This document shows positions 26,279 to 32,000 of a stretch of 32,000 bases of DNA, in pieces. Position 1 is the stretch's first letter. Every line of letters starts with the position of its first letter. The translations under genes and the position numbers were made by a program. Location: assembly GCF_000195955.2 (NCBI RefSeq), contig NC_000962.3, forward strand, positions 1,170,001 to 1,202,000. Reading direction: 5' to 3'. The DNA comes from Mycobacterium tuberculosis H37Rv (GTDB lineage: Bacteria > Actinomycetota > Actinomycetes > Mycobacteriales > Mycobacteriaceae). The notes below the pieces were generated by a model. It was not told where the DNA came from. It searched no databases and worked only from the letters and a program-made list of their open reading frames with translations.

Positions 26279-27115
26279 GTGCGGGAGACAAGCAACCCGG
26301 TATTTCGTTCGTTGCCTAAGCAGCGGGGCGGATACGCGCAATTCGGAACTGGCACCGCCCAGCAGGGATTCCCAGCCGATCCCTACCTGGCGCCCTATCG
26401 GGAAGCAAAGGCCACCCGCCCGCTGACCATCGACGATGTCGTGACCAAGACGGGCCTGACGCTGGCTATGTTGGCGGGCACCGCCGTCGTCTCCTACTTC
26501 CTGGTTGCGTCGAACGTCGCACTGGCCATGCCGCTGACCTTGGTGGGGGCTTTGGGTGGTTTGGCGCTGGTGCTGGTGGCCACCTTCGGCCGCAAGCAGG
26601 ACAACCCGGCGATCGTGCTCAGCTACGCGGCGCTCGAGGGCCTGTTCCTGGGTGCCATCTCGTTCGTCTTGGCTAACTTCACGGTGGCGTCCGCGAATGC
26701 TGGGGTGCTGATCGGGGAGGCCATCTTAGGGACGATGGGTGTGTTCTTCGGCATGCTCGTCGTCTACAAGACAGGGGCCATCCGGGTCACCCCCAAGTTC
26801 ACCCGAATGGTGGTCGCTGCGCTGTTCGGCGTGCTGGTCTTGATGCTCGGCAACCTCGTGCTGGCGATGTTCAATGTCGGCGGCGGTGAAGGCTTGGGCT
26901 TACGCAGCCCCGGACCGCTGGGGATCATCTTCTCGCTGGTGTGCATCGGCATCGCGGCGTTCAGCTTCCTGATCGACTTCGATGCGGCTGATCAGATGAT
27001 TCGCGCGGGAGCACCGGAGAAGGCGGCATGGGGCGTCGCGTTAGGCCTGACCGTAACGCTGGTCTGGTTGTACATCGAGATCCTGCGCCTGCTCAGTTAT
27101 CTACAGAATGAGTAG
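26279..27115 (+). CDS. Bax-inhibitor-1/YccA-family integral membrane protein, 278 aa (GTG start)
   Basis: The N-terminal NPVF segment is followed by about seven hydrophobic helices. Gly/Ala/Leu-rich composition. Confidence 0.75.
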   Translation: MRETSNPVFRSLPKQRGGYAQFGTGTAQQGFPADPYLAPYREAKATRPLTIDDVVTKTGLTLAMLAGTAVVSYFLVASNVALAMPLTLVGALGGLALVLVATFGRKQDNPAIVLSYAALEGLFLGAISFVLANFTVASANAGVLIGEAILGTMGVFFGMLVVYKTGAIRVTPKFTRMVVAALFGVLVLMLGNLVLAMFNVGGGEGLGLRSPGPLGIIFSLVCIGIAAFSFLIDFDAADQMIRAGAPEKAAWGVALGLTVTLVWLYIEILRLLSYLQNE

Positions 27116-27125
27116 CGCTCGTTGG

Positions 27126-27190
27126 CCGTTGATTCTGCGTCCACCAGGCTGACCACTCGCACTTTTGCGTGGTAGACGCAGGATCAACGG
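27126..27190. repeat. Hairpin repeat, copy 1 (20-bp stem, 24-nt loop containing CACTCGCACTTTTGCGTGG)
   Basis: CCGTTGATTCTGCGTCCACC pairs with GGTAGACGCAGGATCAACGG, with one G-T pair and one mismatch. It lies 10 nt after the upstream stop and about 30 nt before the next start. It is about 82% identical to 28078-28138. Confidence 0.8.
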
Positions 27191-27221
27191 CTGTGTCGGT
27201 GGGTGCTGACACCATGCCCGC

Positions 27222-28082
27222 ATGCGGGAGATGGGGGCGCAGCCGTTCATCGGCAGCGAGGCGTTGGCGGCGGGACTCATCAGCTGGCATGAGCTGGGCA
27301 AGTACTACACCGCGATCATGCCCAACGTCTATCTGGACAAGCGGCTGAAGCCCTCCCTGCGGCAACGCGTTATCGCGGCCTGGCTGTGGTCGGGCCGCAA
27401 AGGGGTGATCGCCGGCGCTTCGGCATCAGCGCTGCACGGCGCGAAATGGGTCGATGACCACGCATTGGTGGAGTTGATCTGGCGCAACGCCAGGGCGCCG
27501 AACGGGGTGCGGACTAAGGATGAGCTACTGCTCGACGGCGAAGTCCAGCGCTTGTGCGGGCTTACTGTGACTACCGTTGAACGTACGGCCTTCGACTTGG
27601 GCAGGCGTCCACCCTTAGGTCAGGCGATAACCAGACTGGATGCGCTTGCCAATGCCACCGATTTCAAGATCAACGATGTTAGGGAGCTCGCGAGGAAGCA
27701 CCCCCATACTCGCGGGCTGCGTCAACTAGACAAGGCGCTGGATCTCGTCGACCCAGGTGCGCAGTCGCCGAAGGAGACGTGGCTGCGGCTCTTGCTGATA
27801 AACGCCGGCTTTCCACGGCCGTCCACTCAGATCCCCTTGCTCGGCGTCTACGGGCATCCAAAGTATTTCCTCGACATGGGATGGGAGGACATCATGCTCG
27901 CGGTCGAGTACGACGGCGAGCAACACCGTCTCAGCCGAGACCAGTTCGTCAAAGACGTCGAACGCCTGGAATACATCCGGCGCGCCGGCTGGACTCACAT
28001 CAGGGTGCTGGCAGACCACAAGGGACCCGACGTCGTCCGCCGGGTTCGGCAGGCTTGGGACACGTTGACATCACGACGTTGA
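27222..28082 (+). CDS. AbiEi_4-like N-terminal domain plus DUF559/Vsr-like endonuclease-fold C-terminal domain protein (Rv1073-like). Alternative ATG at 27231.
   Basis: The N-terminus FIGSEALAAGLISWHELGKYYTAIMPNVY resembles that of related Actinobacteria proteins. The C-terminus DMGWEDIMLAVEYDGEQHRLSRDQFVKDVERLEYIRRAGWTHIRV is the DUF559 restriction-endonuclease-like core. Confidence 0.8.
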   Translation: MREMGAQPFIGSEALAAGLISWHELGKYYTAIMPNVYLDKRLKPSLRQRVIAAWLWSGRKGVIAGASASALHGAKWVDDHALVELIWRNARAPNGVRTKDELLLDGEVQRLCGLTVTTVERTAFDLGRRPPLGQAITRLDALANATDFKINDVRELARKHPHTRGLRQLDKALDLVDPGAQSPKETWLRLLLINAGFPRPSTQIPLLGVYGHPKYFLDMGWEDIMLAVEYDGEQHRLSRDQFVKDVERLEYIRRAGWTHIRVLADHKGPDVVRRVRQAWDTLTSRR

Positions 28083-28139
28083 CTCTGCGCCCACCACGTG
28101 TCCTACTCGCACTTTTGCGTGGTGGACGCAGAGTCAACG
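28077..28139. repeat. Hairpin repeat, copy 2 (same orientation as copy 1)
   Basis: GTTGACTCTGCGCCCACC pairs with GGTGGACGCAGAGTCAAC. The loop core ACTCGCACTTTTGCGTGG is identical to copy 1. The left arm overlaps the stop codon at 28080-28082. Confidence 0.8.
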
Positions 28140-28143
28140 CACT

Positions 28144-28171
28144 CGAGCGCCTCGCTCACGCGAGGCGCTCG
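28144..28171. terminator. Perfect 12-bp hairpin with a 4-nt loop spanning the fadA3 stop codon
   Basis: CGAGCGCCTCGC-TCAC-GCGAGGCGCTCG. The loop contains the reverse-complemented TGA stop of fadA3 (28156-28158). Confidence 0.4.
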
Positions 28172-29373
28172 ATCACCATCGCCATGCCCTGGCCGCCACC
28201 GACACACATGGTTTCCAGACCGAACGTCTTGTCGTAGGTCTGCAGGTTGTTCAACAGCGTGGTGGTGATGCGCGCGCCCGTCATACCGAACGGGTGACCT
28301 AGGGCGATCGCGCCACCTGAGATGTTGAGCTTGTCCTCGTCGATGCCCAGCTCGCGCGCCGAGCCCAGGACCTGCACCGCGAAGGCCTCGTTGATCTCGA
28401 CCAGGTCGATGTCGGTGATCGCCATCCCGGCTCTTTCCAGCGCCTTCTTGGACGCCTCGATCGGCCCTAAGCCCATGATCTCCGGGGACAGCCCGCTGAC
28501 CCCGGTGGACACAATGCGCGCCAGCGGTGTCAAGCCTAATTCCTTGGCCTTGGTGTCGCTGGTGATCACCACCGCGGCGGCCCCGTCGTTGAGCGGACAG
28601 GCATTCCCCGCGGTCACGGTGCCATTCGGCCGGAAAGCCGGCTTGAGCTCGCTGACCTTTTCGTAGGTGGTACCCGGTCGCGGGCCGTCGTCGGTGCTGA
28701 CCGTGGTGCCGTCCGGAAGGGTGACCGGCGTGATTTCTCGTTCGAAGAACCCGTTCTTGATCGCCTCTTCGGCCCGGTTCTGGCTGCGCACGCCCCAGCG
28801 GTCCTGTTCTTCGCGGCTGATGCCGGTCATGATGGCGACGTTTTCCGCGGTCTGGCCCATCGCAATATAGATGTCCGGCAGCTTCTGATCGGTGCGGGGA
28901 TCGTGCCATTCGTCGGCGCCGGCGGCTGCCGCGGCCGAACGTTCCTGAGCCCCGTCGAACAGCGGGTTCTTGGTGTCCGGCCAGGAGTCGGAGTTTCCCT
29001 TGGCGAACCGGGAGACGGTTTCCACGCCCGCGGAGATGAACGCGTCGCCCTCACCGGCCTTGATCGCGTGGAAGGCCATCCGGGTGGTCTGCAGCGACGA
29101 CGAACAGTACCGGTTGACCGTGGTGCCCGGCAGGAAGTCATAGCCGAGCGCGACGGCGACGACACGGGCGATGTTGAAACCGGACTCACCGCCTGGCAGG
29201 CCACAGCCCATCATGAGGTCGTCGATCTGATGGGGGTTCAGTGCCGGAACCTTGTCGAGCGCGGCGCGCACCATCTGGACGGCCAGGTCGTCGGGCCGCA
29301 TGCCGACCAGCGATCCTTTCATGGCCCGGCCAATCGGCGAGCGGGCAGTCGAGACGATGACAGCTTCTGGCAT
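28156..29373 (-). CDS. fadA3: Acetyl-CoA acyltransferase (thiolase), 405 aa from the ATG at 29373
   Basis: Thiolase motifs NRYCSSSLQT (active Cys), GNACPLNDGAA and CVGGGQGMAMV. Confidence 0.9.
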   Translation of the reverse strand: MPEAVIVSTARSPIGRAMKGSLVGMRPDDLAVQMVRAALDKVPALNPHQIDDLMMGCGLPGGESGFNIARVVAVALGYDFLPGTTVNRYCSSSLQTTRMAFHAIKAGEGDAFISAGVETVSRFAKGNSDSWPDTKNPLFDGAQERSAAAAAGADEWHDPRTDQKLPDIYIAMGQTAENVAIMTGISREEQDRWGVRSQNRAEEAIKNGFFEREITPVTLPDGTTVSTDDGPRPGTTYEKVSELKPAFRPNGTVTAGNACPLNDGAAAVVITSDTKAKELGLTPLARIVSTGVSGLSPEIMGLGPIEASKKALERAGMAITDIDLVEINEAFAVQVLGSARELGIDEDKLNISGGAIALGHPFGMTGARITTTLLNNLQTYDKTFGLETMCVGGGQGMAMVIERLA

Positions 29374-29425
29374 GACGGCTCCCGGCATGGACAAGACGTG
29401 GTGAAGTTTAGGTCAAATGTAGTCG

Positions 29426-30382
29426 CTACCCACCGGTCGGCACGGCCCGGGCCGGCCGGGGCCGCCGCAGCCGCGACATCATGCTGTGTCGCGTGTGGCC
29501 CGGCTCGAGGGTGGCCGTTCCAGGCCGGGACGGCGTTTCATGAATTGGGATATCGAGCTTTTCGGTCAGCGCATCGCGCAGCGCAAGGAACAACAGATCG
29601 GCCGCCAGGGCGTACGCGGGCGCCGACGGGTGGTAGCGGTCGGCGGAGAACATCAGCTCGGGCATTGCCCGGAATTTGGGAGCCAGTAGATGTCCTAGCG
29701 GCACCGGCACCCCACCGGCCGCCTTGACGGCTGCCGTTTGGGCGCGGGCCAGCCGCACACCACGGGTGTGCGCTAGCGCGCGCAGCGGCTGCGGGATGGC
29801 GGTAATGACGCCGAGGTCGGGGCAAGTGCCGACCACCACTACCGCTCCGCGGGTGCGCAACCTGCGTACGCAGTCGGCCAGCCGTTGCGCAGAGGGGCCA
29901 ATGCCGTTGAGTGCCGTTATGTCGTTGGCGCCAATCATGATTACCGCCGCATCCGGCGGCGGACCGACCACGAACATCGCATCGACTTGACCGCAGACGC
30001 CTTTCGAGGTGGCGCCGACGATGGCTTTGGTGCTCAGCCGGATCCGCTTGCCGGTCTGCTCGGCGAGTCCGCGGGCGATCAACACGCCCGGTACTTCCTC
30101 AGCGCTAGCGCAGCCGTATCCCGTCGCCGTCGAGTCACCAAAGATCATCAGGTGCACGTCGAAGGGCACTTCGCGTCGCCACCGTTGCACGGGCCCACCG
30201 CCGCGGGTGTATACGCCGTCGGCGCGGGGCGGTGCGTCGAAGGATTTGGGAATTACCGTGCGCGCGTGGGTCGCCTGACCGACCAGCAGGTTGCGTGCGC
30301 CCAGATAGGCCGTGCCCGTCGAGGCGAGTGCACCCGCGGTGGCCAAAGCGATCGTGGAACGCCGTGGCACGCGCATGCTCAC
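29426..30382 (-). CDS. Exported SGNH/GDSL-family lipase/esterase (Rv1075c-like). Start is ambiguous (30382, 30376 or GTG 30370).
   Basis: N-terminal signal/anchor (RRSTIALATAGALASTGTAYLGA), GDS block (LMIFGDSTATGYG) and GANDI block. Confidence 0.85.
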   Translation of the reverse strand: MSMRVPRRSTIALATAGALASTGTAYLGARNLLVGQATHARTVIPKSFDAPPRADGVYTRGGGPVQRWRREVPFDVHLMIFGDSTATGYGCASAEEVPGVLIARGLAEQTGKRIRLSTKAIVGATSKGVCGQVDAMFVVGPPPDAAVIMIGANDITALNGIGPSAQRLADCVRRLRTRGAVVVVGTCPDLGVITAIPQPLRALAHTRGVRLARAQTAAVKAAGGVPVPLGHLLAPKFRAMPELMFSADRYHPSAPAYALAADLLFLALRDALTEKLDIPIHETPSRPGTATLEPGHTRHSMMSRLRRPRPARAVPTGG

Positions 30383-30766
30383 GGGATCAGTTTAGGACGG
30401 TTGTGCCGATTTCGTGGATAGCTGACGAACAAACCCGTCACGGTGTGGACCAAATGTGGTATCGAATCAGACTCTTTGGCTGTGGCACCTAAAAAAGACT
30501 GTCAAGCTAAGTTCGCGGGGTTGGCTGAGCCAGAGGCTCAGCCGCTTCGTCACATGCTGTATCGGACTACAACGGCGTAGGAAGTGTTGGGCATGACTGC
30601 ACCCAGTAAGGTATCCGGCTCACCCAGAGTTGTCATTTCGCCGCGCGACGTGTTGAAGGCACGTAGACTCGAGGCACGCAAGTTTGCGATCAGCGACGGC
30701 GCCCCGGTGGAGGTCGTCGAGTCTGGTCCAAGTCTTGTTGCGCGATTAGCTGCGCTGGCGTCACGA

Positions 30767-31660
30767 GTGGCGGTCCGGCCGGTGCTAGCGGTCGGTAGCT
30801 ATCTTCCGCATGCGCCCTGGCCGTGGGGTGTCATCGACCAGGCTGCCCGGGTTCTGCTCCCAGCGTCAACGACCGTAAGGGCCGCGGTGAGCCTGCCTAA
30901 TGCGTCCGCCCAACTGGTTCGGGCGTCGGGTGTGTTGCCGGCGGACGGCACTCGACGCGCCGTCCTGTACCTGCACGGCGGCGCGTTTCTGACGTGTGGA
31001 GCAAACTCGCATGGACGACTCGTCGAGTTGCTCTCTAAGTTCGCTGACTCGCCTGTTCTGGTGGTCGACTATCGGTTGATTCCCAAGCACTCGATCGGGA
31101 TGGCGCTCGACGACTGTCACGACGGCTACCGGTGGCTGAGGCTGTTGGGCTATGAGCCGGAGCAGATCGTGCTAGCGGGCGATTCCGCGGGCGGGTATCT
31201 TGCGCTCGCTCTCGCGCAGCGGCTACAGGAAGTGGGGGAGGAGCCGGCGGCTCTAGTCGCGATCTCGCCACTGCTGCAGCTAGCAAAGGAACACAAGCAG
31301 GCGCATCCCAACATCAAAACCGATGCGATGTTCCCGGCAAGGGCGTTCGATGCGCTTGACGCATTGGTTGCTAGCGCAGCAGCGAGGAACCAGGTAGACG
31401 GCGAACCCGAAGAGCTCTATGAGCCCTTGGAGCACATCACACCGGGGCTGCCGCGGACACTGATTCACGTGTCGGGCTCCGAGGTATTGCTGCACGACGC
31501 TCAGTTGGCGGCGGCCAAACTGGCGGCGGCCGGGGTGCCGGCCGAGGTCCGGGTATGGCCGGGCCAGGTCCACGACTTTCAGGTTGCGGCGTCGATGCTG
31601 CCCGAGGCGATCCGCTCGTTGCGTCAGATCGGGGAGTACATCCGCGAGGCCACCGGGTAG
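30767..31660 (+). CDS. lipU: Hormone-sensitive-lipase-family esterase/lipase. The frame is open upstream to 30584 (ATG at 30593).
   Basis: HGGAF oxyanion motif, GDSAGG nucleophile motif, and C-terminal DxxxD...HDF. The start at GTG 30767 follows my recollection of the 297-aa annotation and is not proven by the sequence. Confidence 0.8.
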   Translation: MAVRPVLAVGSYLPHAPWPWGVIDQAARVLLPASTTVRAAVSLPNASAQLVRASGVLPADGTRRAVLYLHGGAFLTCGANSHGRLVELLSKFADSPVLVVDYRLIPKHSIGMALDDCHDGYRWLRLLGYEPEQIVLAGDSAGGYLALALAQRLQEVGEEPAALVAISPLLQLAKEHKQAHPNIKTDAMFPARAFDALDALVASAAARNQVDGEPEELYEPLEHITPGLPRTLIHVSGSEVLLHDAQLAAAKLAAAGVPAEVRVWPGQVHDFQVAASMLPEAIRSLRQIGEYIREATG

Positions 31661-31716
31661 CGGGATGCCGACGGAGCGCGTGTGCCTGGCCGGCAGGCGC
31701 CTGAGACGATGAACGC

Positions 31717-32000
31717 ATGCGGATCGCGCAACATATCAGTGAACTCATTGGTGGTACCCCACTGGTTCGGCTGAACTCCGTGGTACCCGACGGCGCCGGA
31801 ACCGTGGCCGCAAAGGTCGAGTATCTCAACCCTGGCGGCAGCTCCAAGGATCGGATCGCGGTGAAGATGATCGAAGCCGCCGAGGCCAGCGGTCAGCTGA
31901 AGCCGGGTGGCACCATCGTCGAACCCACGTCCGGCAATACCGGCGTTGGTCTGGCGTTGGTCGCTCAGCGCCGCGGCTACAAGTGCGTGTTCGTCTGCCC
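31717..32000 (+). CDS. cbs: PLP-dependent cystathionine beta-synthase / cysteine-synthase-family enzyme, N-terminal part (runs off the window)
   Basis: [80 protein letters not shown] contains the PLP-lysine motif SSKDR and the TSGNTG loop. It is absent from the ORF track because there is no stop in the window. Confidence 0.9.
   Translation, partial: MRIAQHISELIGGTPLVRLNSVVPDGAGTVAAKVEYLNPGGSSKDRIAVKMIEAAEASGQLKPGGTIVEPTSGNTGVGLALVAQRRGYKCVFVC

Noticed and set aside
28103-28909. 268-aa minus-strand ORF inside fadA3
   Set aside because: It is an out-of-frame shadow of the thiolase gene (Arg/Gly/His-rich). The thiolase frame carries all catalytic motifs.

Overview
The window reads as Mycobacterium tuberculosis complex chromosome: about 65% GC, PE_PGRS genes and an IS1081-type transposase. 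From memory, with no database available, gene order and protein sequences match the H37Rv interval Rv1047 to Rv1077. Bases 1-7469 look like a decayed mobile/defence island between an IS1081 copy and a tRNA-Leu(UAA). It holds an HTH protein with an ATGA-coupled degenerate partner ORF, the MarR/MosR regulator with an SDR oxidoreductase, and an excisionase-like HTH gene. It also holds an AbiEi/AbiEii (MenA/MenT-type) pair, a FicA/Fic pair and a tyrosine integrase, all visibly inactivated. After the tRNA come a tandem-DUF427 protein, a DUF222/13E12-type remnant, and a long AT-rich promoter in front of a beta-propeller gene. Next is a co-directional fadD14 cluster ending in a patatin gene that abuts a convergent second patatin gene, then lpqV and a cupin-rhodanese pair. 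Two tandem PE_PGRS genes share a 391-bp identical tract. The window ends with echA9-echA8-membrane hydrolase, a BI-1-like membrane protein, a DUF559-type endonuclease-like gene, fadA3, a GDSL hydrolase, lipU and the start of cbs. The leads I rank highest are the decayed island, the endonuclease-like gene bracketed by two copies of a 61-nt hairpin repeat with a compensatory stem change, and the tRNA-Leu(UAA), which has only a 5-nt variable loop. I also rank highly the ATGA-coupled HTH module next to the IS end. No CRISPR array or rRNA was seen. All family assignments rest on motif reading and recollection.
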